Source of the DNA: Eledone cirrhosa
Taxonomy: Eukaryota
DNA: 64,000 bases
Reading direction: 5' to 3'
NCBI GenBank assembly: GCA_964016885.1
Contig: OZ024742.1
Location: forward strand, 120,466,001 to 120,530,000
Shown: in pieces, positions 35,406 to 49,219 of the stretch
Layout of the letters: every line of letters starts with the position of its first letter
Numbering within the stretch: position 1 is the stretch's first letter
The notes under the pieces: model-generated
Seen by the model: only the letters and a program-made list of their open reading frames with translations
What the model was told of the DNA's origin: nothing
Databases searched by the model: none
Translations under genes and position numbers: made by a program

Positions 35406-36723
35406 CTATATAAATAATTAAGTCTTGTTGCAATTGAGTAGCCCTGATTGCTACACAAAAGTTGGATTCTATAACACGGAAATAACTAGTTGAATGTTTC
35501 TTTATTTTATCACTTTATAACATGCAAAAAAAAAAACCCTGAATTTTTTAGTATTCTTCAATGATAACTAGAATTTTTAATTAGTTGAATTGTGATGACT
35601 GAAATTTCTTTGTTTATAAGTTTGTATTTTAGCTTCAGTACACTAAACCAGAAATTGCATATTGAGGCTAACAGGAAATTGGCAAAACCTGCCAATTATG
35701 AATTTGAATCTTGTATGGATAAAAACGACCAGGGAAAGAAAGCTGCAACAGTTGCTTGTTGATGTTTAGCCTCATCTAGCAGATCTATGATAAAAAATAT
35801 TCCTACCTTGACCATCTTGTGTAGTTTTTTATGTACAAGGAACCCAAGACCACATTATGCGTGTCCTTTTCTAAGATAGTAGGGTGTGATTTAGAGGAGA
35901 TTTAGCTACTATATCTAGCAGATTGAGCAACCATATAGAAGCTCGCTTATCAGTTTGACAGTTGGTATAAGGGATAGAGATACCCCAAAAGAGATGTATT
36001 ATTCCAGAATTGTTATGATGTGAGAGGTTTGGTTTTTTTAATTACACGCAACTCTGGTATCTATCTAACCATTCATTAGTGATTAATCCATATCAACAAA
36101 TGCCTACTTACAAAGACAATCGCAAATCGCAAAGAATATACTAAATTAGACTATACACAAATAATTATAGAATCCTTCATTCTATTAATAGCTTTTCAGA
36201 TGAAAACCATGGGAAAATCCTTTTACAATGTAGAAATGATTTCTGTTTGATCACTTAGTCAAAAGAAAATTACTATGCATGATGATTTATAACTTCAAAG
36301 CAATGAAAGCTAATAAAAGGGCAATCTGGATGCAAAACAAAATATTCCTTAAAACTGAATGATGAAAAAAATCAATTTGCATAAATGGAATATCTAAACA
36401 AATTAATCAATAGAGTGCTATTAGCTGGTAGCAAATACAAAATTAATCATTTAATTTTTAATTAAAACAAATAAAGATACCTTAAAAAGTGATGCCAGTT
36501 TGAGAAATTGTTCAGACACCATTAAAGCCTAAAAAAATCAATCAATCACAGAAGCTAACCTTAAACCACATGAAGAACTAAATAATGCCTCAAAACTAAC
36601 AAGTTGAACTTTACCAACATTAGAGTTAGATTTCTACCATATACACAAAAATGATAAATGTTGATCCAAAGAGCAAATCTATATGGTCGATCAACCTGCT
36701 AGGAATAGCAACCTAATCTTTAA

Positions 36724-38341
36724 CTCTTTAGCATTTAAACCGGCTGTATACAGCCAGAATTTTCTCACCTCTTTCAGTTCAAACCAGCCATAACTGGCCA
36801 TTCATACTGATGTTAAGGTATTGTTCTCAAAATAAATAATATCAAAATCTCATAGATTCGATATTATGTGAGATAATTGTGAGGCAAAGTCTTTATCGTG
36901 AAACAGTATATAGAGAGTATATATAATATATAACAGTATATATATAGTAATCATCATCATCATCATCGTTTAACGTCCATTTTCCACGCTAGCATGGGTC
37001 TGGACGGGAATTGTCCCACTTGAGGCAAGATTGGTTGTCTTGCTCAGGACTGTCTGGCGGGTTTTCTACAGCTGGATGCCCTTCCTAACACCAACCACGT
37101 TTACAGTGTGGACTGGGAGGTTTTTACCGTGTTACCTACACGGCCACATTACAGCGTGGATTGTGTGTTTTTTTGTTGTGACACCTATACGACCTCATTT
37201 ATTTAGGACTGGATGTTGTGGTACCAACATAGCTTTACATCGAAAGGAGTGGTGTAGATGGCGGTGGGGGTAGGGTTGGGACGGGGGTGTATTTTGGTTA
37301 AGAGGTGCCAACTGACTGTAGGTTTTGCTTTGTACTTAGGCAAGGCGGGTCTTCTGTATTACTACGTAGCGCCAAAGATCTCGGTCCAGTGACATTGTCT
37401 TGAAGAGGTGTAAGTGTGTGAGGTCGGATTTTATCAAGTCGTCCCAGGTTTTTCTCGGCTACCGTCTATTTTGATCACCCTGCACTTTTTTATACAGCTG
37501 TCATCTTTCATGCGCATCACGTTACCATACCAACGTAGTGTTCTCTCGAGTAAACAGCATCTGATCCCTCTTATTCCTAATTTCTCACTTAGTTCATTTA
37601 TGCTTTGCCATTCACGTATATTACTATTACACATCCAACGGAGCATGCAAGCTTCGTTCCTCTCCAGTCTGCGTAGATCCTCTGCACACAAGGCCCATGT
37701 CTCACTGCCATGTAACATCGCTGTTGCATGCATCATACAGCCTGCCTTTTATTTTTAGAGACAAACCTTTAGCGGCCAATAGTGGTATAAGCTCTCTGAA
37801 CTTTTTCCATCCCGTTCAGACTCTAGCTACAGTACTTTCAGAGCACCCTCCACCACTGCTGATTTTGTCACCCAGGTAACGGAAGCTGTCCACTATTTCT
37901 ATAGAACCATCTGGGCAATGGAATGAGCTAGTATTCTGTGGGTATTTGCTGCTACTTATTGCACCAGAGCACCGGCCACATATAAAATCTATGTTCTTAG
38001 TTAGCTTACCTGTGATCCCACTACATCTTTTATGCACCCATACTTTGCATTTGGGACATAAAATGGAATGTCTGCCTACTCCTTTCCTACACACTGAGCA
38101 TGGCCATTTCCCAGATGGGACCAGTGCCCTATTCTCCTTCCTACATATTTAGACTTTAGTCTTAGACAAGTTAACTTTAAGGCCTTTTGATTCTAAGCCA
38201 TGCTTCCATGTTTGGAATTTCTTCTCTAGTTCAGCCATTGATTCGGCTATGAACGTTAGATCATCTGCGTATAGAAGTTCCCATGGGCATCCGGTCTTGA
38301 ACTCCTCCGTTATAGCTTGGAGAAATGTAAATGCTAAAGGG
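36724..38341. mobile_element. TTAA-type MITE family 1 interrupted by an RTE LINE
   Basis: TTAA|CTCTTTAGCATTT ... AATGCTAAAGGG|TTAA. Confidence 0.75.
36949..38322 (-). mobile_element. 5'-truncated RTE LINE (YADD region to tail) with frameshifts
   Basis: Homologous to about 27193-28580; retains the PHD finger; (CAT)n at left end. Confidence 0.92.
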
Positions 38342-38923
38342 TTAAGTTACATACTTCTGTCTAAAAAGAGGAAGGAGACGTTGAATAATGCCAAATTAAT
38401 CCTTTTTCGAGAAATAGAGTAGTGGTTAATAACCTCTTTTCATAGAAAAACACTATAGAAACTATTCATGGATAGCTCAATATTCAGTATACCTTGGAAT
38501 GAAAATAAAGAGAGTTAAAAAAAAAAAAGGTTGCATGATGTCCAACAAAAAAGACAAACTGATCGTGACTGGAATACCTTTGGTAATAAGGTCTGCTAAG
38601 TTAGAGCTGATGTGGAGATAAACAAGAACAAATGATAATAAATGGATCTCTTCGCAAGCTACTCAGCTTAATAAAGCTGATGCACAATTATACTAAGTAG
38701 ATTACATTAATCTGCTCTCAAATATGATCCCAGTCTATTGTAAGTTAACATTCCAGAAAGACATTGTAACTACTGTTAAAATTGAAATAAACAGAGCTAT
38801 GTAAAATAAAGTACTCTAACCTGAAATACAACTACAATGCAGTATGATAATAGTTCAATACCTTATGAACTCACCCATTTCGTGTCATTTAATATATACC
38901 TCTGCTGCAAAATTAGTTGCTAA

Positions 38924-39115
38924 AATAATTGTTTCTACTTTAGGCACAAGGCCAGCAATTACTCAGTACATTACTGGTACTTTATTTTATCGACCCCGTA
39001 AGGATGAAAGGCAAAGTTAACCTCGGCGGGATTTGAACTCAGACTGTAAAGGGACGTAACTATGTTAGAAAGCATGGCGTCCGACCCTCTACCGATACTG
39101 CCAATCCACCACCCT
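38924..39115 (-). mobile_element. SINE family A, complete
   Basis: Reverse complement of 13810-13993; flanking direct repeat TAAAATAATTGTT. Confidence 0.85.
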
Positions 39116-39194
39116 AAAATAATTGTTGCTAAAATAATGTTGCTGTATATATGTATGTATGACATACACACTCACAAATATGTTAATATACAAA

Positions 39195-39660
39195 GCTCTG
39201 ATGTCTGGCAACTGAATTGCTAAACACCCAAAAGATTATTAACCATCTTTCCAACAACAACCCTGAGCACTTTTTTTAATTTCATGTGTCTAACACCTGT
39301 AAATATGCCTACAAAATCAGAAAACAGCACAGCCCCCATGACTTTCAGGAACATTTTCTCACGTTCAGAGTTACTGAAGCATGGAACAAACTCCCAGCAT
39401 CAGTTGTTAGGTGTTGGGACACTGAATCCTTCAAAACTTCCATGCTTCCTGAAATTTACCAACACTACTCTTGATATTCCCCCTCCATACACACGCACAC
39501 ATGTGTGTGTCTGTGTGTATATCATGACTCATACACTGTTCCCTTTCCTGACATTTATGTATTATTCTTTGTACTATACATGCACCTTTGATGAATTGTA
39601 GGGCGCCTGAGCACTGTACACAATAAATTTCATTATTATTATTATCATTATTATTATTTA
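39195..39660 (+). mobile_element. CR1-clade LINE 3' end with (ATT)n tail
   Basis: NTCKYAYKIRK...FLTFRVTEAWNKLPASVV...SFK, matching the CR1 C-terminal pattern RV..WN.LP..VV....FK. Confidence 0.8.
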
Positions 39661-40004
39661 TTATATGTATTTAACTTTCTAATTGGTAACTGATTACAAG
39701 TCTGATTAGAAAACCATATGCTCCACTGAAGTACAAGTAGCCTTCCTTTCATCATTCCTAGTCTTTTATCCCGCTGACACACAGCACTACATACTTTCCC
39801 CAATCATTCTCACCCACCCAGCATCCTCAGAGCTGCAGATTTCTGAAATGCATTCTTTGTTCCAATGTTTTTTTCTTTTCCTATTTTCATCATATTTCTA
39901 ATGAAATATGCTGCCTATGATTATCAATTAATTTTCAAATTAGTAAAGAATTTAAGGACTTAGTAATATAACTAACTTTCTCATGATTAAACTATTGTTT
40001 GGAG

Positions 40005-40005
<1 letters not shown>

Positions 40006-40043
<38 letters not shown>

Positions 40044-40260
40044 TTAACGTCCATTTTGCATGCTAGCATGGGTTAGACGGGTTATCTCATTTGAGGCAAG
40101 TTTACCCATATAGAACTGTTTCTAGCTAGGATTCTACGGTCGGATGCCCTTCCTAATGCCAACCACATTTACAGTGTGGGCTGGGTGCTTTTTGTCGTGA
40201 CACCTACATGACCACTTTACAGTGTGGGCTGGATATATTTTGTTCACAGTGTAAGGGTGG
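40006..40260 (-). mobile_element. RTE-type 3' tail
   Basis: (CAT)n, CATGCTAGCATGG, GGATGCCCTTCCTAATGCCAACC and about two 48-bp-type units. Confidence 0.8.
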
Positions 40261-42717
40261 TGGGGCTATAGTGGTTAAGAGGTGCCTACTAGATGTTTGC
40301 TTGAGTCTGCGTATGTGGGAAAGTGTGTCTTTTGTATTACTGCATAACACCAACTTAAAAAGTTCATACATAAAATGATGATGGAAGGTGTTTAGATAAT
40401 ATAAAAATTTTAACCTTTTTCTTATCATATTTCCAATGAAAGACACTACCTATGATTTTCAAATAATTTTGTAAATAATCAAGAATTTCTCAATATTAAG
40501 CTGGTGTTTGAAGCATAACTTAATAAATGTTCTTACATTAAATTATGATGGGAGATTTTTGGATAAATATAAACACTTCAAAATAAACAGTTTTGTATCA
40601 TAGAACCAGGGACAGCTTCAGGCAGGTTGGTTTCTAAAGGGTTAAAAGCAAACAGTTTTCTATTGTACAACTAGAAGTGATTTCATGAGTTGCTATCAAA
40701 AGGCTTAAGTTACAGTAACTCAACAACATGCACTATACAAATGTCACAAAATGAGAATTCTTTTATCAATATGTAGTAAGGAGAATGAAGAGAAAAAGAT
40801 ATGACATATCTTTTTGTATTTATTTTATTTTTCTATATAGTAGTTTTTCTATTGCTTTGTTTTTTTTTTGTATCTGTACTATGTTTCTACATACACTTCA
40901 AAATGCAGTTTTCTGTTATTGTGTATTTCATGAACATTTATAATTGTTTTGAAAAGTAACTTTTTGGAGTGGTTCATTTCCCTCAACTTTACAAATGACA
41001 AACTACTAGAGAATACTTAGAAAACTTTCTGCTAAAAGCAATAAAAAGGAAAAAATAAAACACATTTAGAACACAATAATAGAACAGTAGATAAGACATA
41101 GGAATGAAAACAAGCAGTTTCTGCATAGCAAACAGGTGCATGTTAGATAATTCTTTACATTCATGAAATTATGTGATTTGTTTTGTATTTTGTTGGAGAG
41201 AACAGGGAGATGTTCTCTTAACTCTTTCTTTTTAGGTAGACTAAAACTAGTAAATTAACATACATTGTCTAAAGGCACATTAACCGTTTTGTGTTGTTTT
41301 TTTACAATATTTTTCCTGAAATGCGCTGTGTTTTAATTAATTTTGAAAATAATTAAGTAACTGGGTGGAGGGCGTATTTAATAAATTAACTTTTCCATTA
41401 TATGGAACTTAACAAAAAAGATTCATGCAAAGATTTATGATGGAAAGTCCTTTTTTTTTTCTAAATATGAAGACGTTAAAATGTGAGGTTGTGTATTATA
41501 GAGCAAAATGTGATGTCATGTATTATAGAGCAAAAGCATTAAATTACTAGTTTCTCTAGTAAATTTACAAACAGGAAATCAAGGGTGTAACTTATAATTT
41601 CATAGTTAATAGAACATAAAAAATTAACAGGCTTTCTCTAAAGCACAACATTTATAAAGATTTTAACCTACAAAATTATGTTCAAACCACAGAGGTTCAA
41701 ACTGATATGGAGTGAAAAGAGTCCCAAATCAGTGAAGAGAATATCTGATACTGATGCTCATAAAGAAACATATCTGGTTCATCATTTTGTCATCTTATGA
41801 GGGCTCAAATAAATGTAGAGAAGTTTACTTATGATTGTGTAAAGACAGACTTAGTTTCCAATATAAGAGCAGCTGACAATAGATATCCTCAAAACCTCCT
41901 CAGTTAAACCTTTATAGTATACCTACAGATGATTCAGTAGTGGATGTTATTCAGTTCCAGGTCAGCTCTGTAAGAGGAGACTTCTCATCAAAGATGTTTT
42001 AGCTATAACAATCCTCTAGTCTTTTATTACCCTTTTTGATAATAAATAGACTGAGACTGCCCCTGGTTCCATATATAATACAAAACTCTATTTGAAAGTG
42101 TTTTTACTTATCTAAAAACCTATCATAATTTTATGTAAGAACTTTTGTTGAGTTATGTTCCAAACATATGAGAAAATTAAATCCCTTCAAATTCTAGATT
42201 GTTTTCAAAATTATTTGAAAATAATAAGTAGTGTATTTCATTAGAAATATGGTAATTAAAGAGTTAAAAGCATCAAAAACTACATTATTCAATGTGTCAC
42301 CATGATCTGAAAGAAATTTTGGCTGCTATTTCTAGTAGCTCAATCAACCATATACAGGCTCACCTGTTGGCTCATGTGGTGAATGTTGCGAGAAATACAG
42401 TATTGTTAAACGGCTCAATAAATGCCAACATGGAAAAACATATAATGGCAATGATTATTGCAAAAACTGTAACACATACCTATGATGATCACCTGATATA
42501 ATGGCATAGAATGGCTTTAGAAATTGAAATCAATCCAACTTCATTGATCAATTTAGTATAATAGAAATGAAGCATGATAGTATTGAACTAAGTCAACCTT
42601 GAGGAAGTTAGTGTTATTCTAACATCAAGTAGAATTTCTTATAAATAATTCAATCAGTAGTTTATTCTTTTACTGGTTTCAGTCATTAGATGTGGCCATG
42701 CTGGGACACTGCCTTAA

Positions 42718-43822
42718 CCCTTTAGCATTTAAACCAGCCATATCCAGCCACTTACCTCTTTCTGTTCAAACTGGCCGCTCATACTTATTTTAAGGTATTG
42801 TTCTCAAATTAAATGATATCAAAATCTTATAGAGTTGATATCATGTAAGAATGTAGGCTTCACATGCAGCAGCTGTGCTGAGACAGCAAGCAGCAAACAG
42901 CCACAGGAAACAAGTACCACCAATCTCTGGGAGGGCTCTGTAGAAACAGTAGACAGCTTCTGCTACCTAGGTGACCTAATTAGCAGCGGAGGTGGGTGTT
43001 CAGAAAGTACAATAACTAGGGTAAGAACGGGATGGAAGAAGTTTAGGGAACACTACCACTGCTAGCTGCAAAAGGCTTCTCCCTCAGAATGAAAGGCAGA
43101 CTGTATTATGCGTGTATCCGAACAGCAATGTTGCATGGTAGTGAGACCTGGGCGCTGAACGTGGAAGACTTACGTAGATTAGAGAGAAACGAAGCCTGCA
43201 TGCTCCGATGGATGTGTAACAGTAATATACGTGAACGACAAAGCATAAATGAATTGAGAGAGAGACTGAGCATAAGAGGAATCAAATGCTGTGTGCAGGA
43301 GAGGCGGTTGCGCTGGTATGGACATGTGATGCGTATGAAGGATGACAGCTGTATAAAAAGGTGCAGAGCACTAGAAGTTGATGGAAACCGCGGAGTGGGG
43401 AGACCCAAGATGACCTGGGATGAGGTGATAAAAGCCGACCTTACCCAATTACACCTCTCAAAGACAATGACACACGACCGTGACTTCTGGCGTCACGCAG
43501 TAATACAGAGCACCCGACCTCCCATGGGTACAAGCTGAAGCATATAGACAATATGCCCCCACACCCCCCCACTGCAAGGTGGTCGTGGAGGTGCCACGGC
43601 AAAAAAGCACCCAGCCCACACTGTAAAGTGGACGTGTAGGCGCCACGAAAAAGCACCCAGCACTCACTGTAAATGAGGTTGGTGTTAGGAAGGGCATCCA
43701 GCTGTAGAAATCAAGCCAAATCAGTTCCTGTATGAGCAAGGCATGGTCAGCCAACCAGACACTGCCCACAACAGGACAACCCGTCTAACCCATGCTAGCA
43801 TGGAGGAACGGACGTAAAATGG

Positions 43823-43853
<31 letters not shown>

Positions 43854-43916
43854 AATAATAGTAAGTATCATGTGAAAATATAATAGTAAGTATAGAGTAA
43901 TGTAAATGCTAAAGGG
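42718..43916. mobile_element. TTAA-type MITE family 1 interrupted by an RTE LINE
   Basis: TTAA|CCCTTTAGCATTT ... AAATGCTAAAGGG|TTAA. Confidence 0.78.
42848..43853 (+). mobile_element. 5'-truncated RTE LINE, sister subfamily
   Basis: ORFs 42835-43065 and 43089-43538 (one frameshift) homologous to the C-terminal part of the long ORF; (GAT)n tail. Confidence 0.92.
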
Positions 43917-44037
43917 TTAAAGGAATTTAGATGACAATATCAACCCCAGTATTTATTTTTTCAACTCTAGTACTTATCAATCTCTTTTTGTTGAACCACT
44001 AAGTTATAGGACATAGACACAGACACCAACACACACA

Positions 44038-45742
44038 ATCATCATCATTCAACATCCGTTTTCCTTTATAGCAAGGGCTGGATGGGTTGTTAAAGACCAA
44101 GTCAGTACTTAATCAGTGCTACTGACCTCTCAGACGGACCAGGGACCCACATATCACTTATGTTCCCACATTCTACAGTGCACTAAATGCATTCTATTGT
44201 GGCACCCGCTCTAGTGAGATTGTCATGTCAGTGACATAACTGAACAGTCCTCTTGACCATTCATTGGCAATTCTTTCACAGCTGAATGCCTTTGCTATCA
44301 CCAACCACACTACAGAGTGTAGTAGATGCATTTATCAGGTCATCACAATAAAGAGGTTGTCATGCCCTTGACACAACTAAATAATCACTCCAACCCTTCT
44401 TTGACATGCTTTCTACAGGCTGGATGCCCTTCCTATCACCAATCCCCTTACATGGTGCAATGGGTGAATTTTTCATGGCACGAACACTTGTCATTGACTT
44501 CACTGAAGAGCTCTCTTTACCTTAGTGGGAGGAGGAAATAAGACAGGATGGAGATGAAAGAAGTATGGTGACATGGGTATATGGGAGTGTCATAGGTGTA
44601 TGACAAGTGTGGCAGGATTTGACAGGGTGATTATTGTCGGGAGAGGTGATTTCTGATAGTGTGTGTGGTGATGGAACAGCTACTAGGGAGTTGCAATTGG
44701 TGTGTTAAGATTGAAGAGGCATGAGGGTGAAATGTACAGTGATGGTAAGAATAGCTACTAAGGAGCAATAGTGGATATGGGTATCATAGGTCTGGTCACA
44801 TCCTTTATGCTGGTAGGTAAGTCTTATCCAGTGTTGCATGTCACAGTCCTTTGTCATCACTGTCAGGTTGGTCTTCACAATGTCATCCCATATCTTCTTA
44901 GGTCTATCTCTTCCACAAGTCCACTGAGATTTCTCTGCACCTATTTATACAGCTGCCATCTTCCATATGCATCACATGTCCATACCACCAGTCTTTTTTT
45001 TTTTCTCAGCTTTCTTATGCTACGTTGTTATGCACACTAACATTACACATCCATTGGAGCATACTCATTTAATTTCTTTCTAACCTCAACAGATCTACAA
45101 TCAAGGCCCACATCTCACTGCCATATAGCATTGCATTTTGCATGCAGGCATCATACAATCTACCCTTCACTCTGGGAGAGAATCCCTTTGTGGTCAGCAG
45201 AGATTCTAGATCCCTAAACTTCTTACAGACCATTCTTACGTTGGCTACTACACTTTCAGATTAGCCTCCCGCACTACTGATTGGGTCACCTAGCTAACAA
45301 AAACTGTCAACAACCTTTGGGGAGCCACCCTGGCAACTGAGAAGTCTATTTTACATAAGCTCTTAATGCTTTCCTTTCCTGTGCCACATATGAAGTCTCT
45401 CTTCTCCATTAACCTGCTTGTTTCCTACTAAATTTCTTGTGCATCTGTAGATTACACTGTGTACCTAATGGAATTCCTGCCAATTTCTTTACAATATGTT
45501 GAATAAGATCACCTTCCTGACAGTACCAGATTCCTGTCTTCTTTCCTATTTATTAAGACTAGTTTTTGCTAAGTCTACTTTTAGGCCTTTTGATTCTAAA
45601 TTTTTCTTCAATGACTGGAATTTTGCTTCTAACTCTCCCACAGATTCAGCTGTAAGGACTAGATCATTAGCATACAGGATTTCCCATGGAGTGCCAGTCT
45701 TAAATTCCTCAGCTATGTTCTTGAAGAACAATGATAAATAGG
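44038..45742 (-). mobile_element. Old degenerate RTE LINE fragment(s)
   Basis: EEFKTGTPWEILYANDLVLTAES...LESKGLKVDLAKT at 45546-45731; decayed C-terminal motifs to about 44780; tail-like motifs to 44038. Confidence 0.7.
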
Positions 45743-47157
45743 CACATACAGTTTCTGTAAACTAAATTCCACTCACAAGACATTATCTGAAACCACATGG
45801 TTACAAAGAGAATTCCTTAAGTATTTGTGTCACTTGATATTACAATAAAAATAAAGTTATAAAATCTTTATTTTATATGGTATCTATGAAAGGAAAACTC
45901 TACTAATCAATATTAAATACAAAACAACATAATGAAATGACTATAATTGAAAAAACCAGCATACTGTCATCAAATTAAAGATAGCACTAATAAATTACAC
46001 ATACATGATTAAATATCATTTTGGTTATGCTGAAATATAATTGCAATTATAAAATCCATTTATTATTCATGCACCCAAATGCATGTGTGCATGCAGACAT
46101 TGGAATACTACATTTTACACAAATGTTAAGCTAACTATTGATTTTATTCAGTTATTGTAAAATTTGCATTTATAATGGTAATGAGTCTTAAGAAATCATA
46201 ACTAACAGATAATTGATTTCAAATCTGAGACTTAAGGTTTTTTTGCTTTTGGAAAAAAAAAAATTGAATTAAACATTCAAATATTTTAAAATTTTCAATC
46301 CAATCCAAGGTTAGTGAACCAAATTTGATGCTGTGGACAAAAACAAACTTTTAATTTCATTTTTTGAAAGTCCTTTTTATTATTTTGTGTCCTACTTTAT
46401 TAAGCTAGCTCTAAGATGAATACTTGTGTTCATTGATATTAGCCAACCATCTTAATACAATTATTATCTAATTATCATTACATAATTATTAGCCAATCAA
46501 ACAAGCTTTAGTAAATGAATAGGGAGGAGGAGGAGGAAAGAATATAGCTTTAATAAATCAACTTGATTAATGATGACACAAATATTTAACTAAACTCTGT
46601 TGTTTGACGAGGAATATCAATTATATTTATTTATTCATTTGTTTAGTTTTCTGATATGAAGTCTCTTGTGAATTTCTACAAAGTACAAAATAAAGTAATT
46701 CATTCATTTCATTTAGTTTAAATACACTGAAAAATTAACTGTAATTTCTAAATATATTTTTGTTGTATTGAGAATATATGCTATTTTTATAACTGGAGGG
46801 TAAAAAATTAATAAATTGCTACTTTTTATACAAAGAACTATTTCAGCAATCAACACAAATTGTAATCTAAAGATAAATCAATATGAAAACACCTTCCCAT
46901 AAATGTTCAAATGAACACTGCTACTACTACTACTACTACTACTAGTAATTAATAGTTGGATTTCTTTTCAATCAAATTTATGTGAGCATATCTGCCATTT
47001 CTATTCTTCTTCTCAATCTTGACCATGTCTATCATTGATGTTGTGATGCTTCACTTTACTGCTAATGTTTTCTATCCAGCATTTCTCAGACACACTTACG
47101 GGTAGGTGCCATCCTCTATCTGAAAGTTGAATCATTTCTGTAACTAACTGAACAACA

Positions 47158-47302
47158 TTATCATCATCACTTAATAAGGTCCATTTTCCCACACTAGCAT
47201 AGGTTACACAAGTTGACCTGTTGTGACACAAGCCAGATCAGGTGACCGTATGTTGTTCATACAGAACTGATTTGGGGTTGGTTTCTGCAGCTGGATGCCC
47301 TT
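47158..47302 (-). mobile_element. RTE-type 3' tail
   Basis: Reverse complement of the tail at about 8190-8337. Confidence 0.65.
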
Positions 47303-49219
47303 GTTCTATCTTATCATATAGAGAGTCCCTGGACCAACATATCAATACTTTCAGCCAATATTAAACATTCTTCAGCATAAAGCTGATCCCCATTTCATCT
47401 GTACCCAAACATGCATTGCCAAAATAATACAACATTGATATTAATTTCTATAAATGATTTGTAATGTCTTCCATTTTAGAAATATATGATTAGAAAAAGG
47501 ATGATATGTGTAAAGAAATGTTTCCATGTACATGTAAACATCTAGAAATGCACAGGATTTTACATCTATAGTTTGGCCTATATGCTGCTGAAATAAGTAC
47601 AGAAATATATATAGAGAGAGAGAAGATGGAAGAAGAGAGATTTCCTAACAGTAAGTATTTGTTTAAATGCTTAAATATTTTTACATTTTTGTGTTCAAAT
47701 ATTAGAATTCTTACTTGCATCAAAAACATTTTAACTAACGTCATAAAAAAAAAATGAAATAATCTGTTTTACAAAACATAATTTCAAATCCTTAGATTAA
47801 CCAGGCAGAAAGCAAAAAGAATAAATTTAATACCTCAATAACTTAAATTTGTAAAAAAAATTTTTTTTTTAAATGTAATTTTAAAATGTATTCATTAGTT
47901 TAAGCAAAATATTTACAGCTTGAAGTGTTGAAAATCCCATTGATATAATGTTTGTATTGCTAGAAACAAGAACAACAGAATTATAATAATGCTTCAACTG
48001 AGAGAAACTCTTACAGCAAAGTCTTAGAAAATCATTCATAAGGAAATATCTGCTATCCAGCAAATCAATAATTTTAACATGGAAAAAGGAAAAATTACAA
48101 ATTACTACAAAATCAACATCTAAGACATTTTTTTTTAAAGCTCACATATGTACAAATTTCTGAGCTAAATTATCACTAGAGAGCATAAATTTATCAGACT
48201 ATTAAATGGATCTTCTATAGAATGTTTTGGGTGGTTTGTTCTGTGATTCTCATTAGATGCTACAATTCTACAAGTATATACATTTTTGGATTACAAATTA
48301 ACTCAAACTCTTATCCACTGTATCATCAGTCTTTTGTAGTAGTCTGTCATTTTGAAATCAATCCTCATTCAATGATGTATGAAAAAAAAATGAAGATTGG
48401 AATACATACCGATAGAAATATAGAATAATCAAACTCACAAATAATGGTCTCTAATTATCTTTAACATTTTTGAAAAGTTAATGGTAAAAATCATCTAATT
48501 AAGGTAGGAAGTCAGACAGACATCTGGAGAAAGGGAAAGTTGATTAAATCCACCCCAGTACATGACTGCCACTTTAGTTTATCAACCAGAGAAGCATGAA
48601 TGGCAAAGTTGACATTGACAAGATTTGAACTCAGAATGTAAAGAGCCGGAATAAATACCATTAAACATTATTTTGTTCAATATTCTAATGATTCTGCTAA
48701 TTCACTGCCCTCATAAGATCAATAGTCCAATGCAGACAACAAAACTAATTAAGGCCTCATTTTCAATTCCATCTAATCAACATGATTTCTTTTATTTTGT
48801 CCTGTTTCAAACAAGATTTTGTACAAAACCTTTATCAAAACATATTTGTCATTAGTATCCGTAATACCAATCCTTGTCATTAGTATCCGTAATACCAATC
48901 CTTGCATATGTTTTTATTACTACCAAAACAAATTATAACTTTTAACAATGTTCACTTAATTGTTATAGTCTATTGCCAAAATGTCCTACAGTCAAATTTA
49001 AGTTTCCTTAATCAGAAATAACTAACATATATGCTTGAAAATAAGTGGATTTGAATAAAAGCCAAGTCCCAATTTTTTCTGTCTAAGAAATGGGGAAAAA
49101 ACCAAATCTTATGTATAAGCCAAGGCAGCTAATCAACACATTATGTTTACATAGTACTTTTCAACTATTTTGAAGGCCATATTAATTCAAAACATATCAA
49201 AAACAATAGGAAAAATAAA

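Noticed and set aside
48846-48904. 28-bp exact tandem duplication
   Set aside because: Simple two-copy slippage with no further structure
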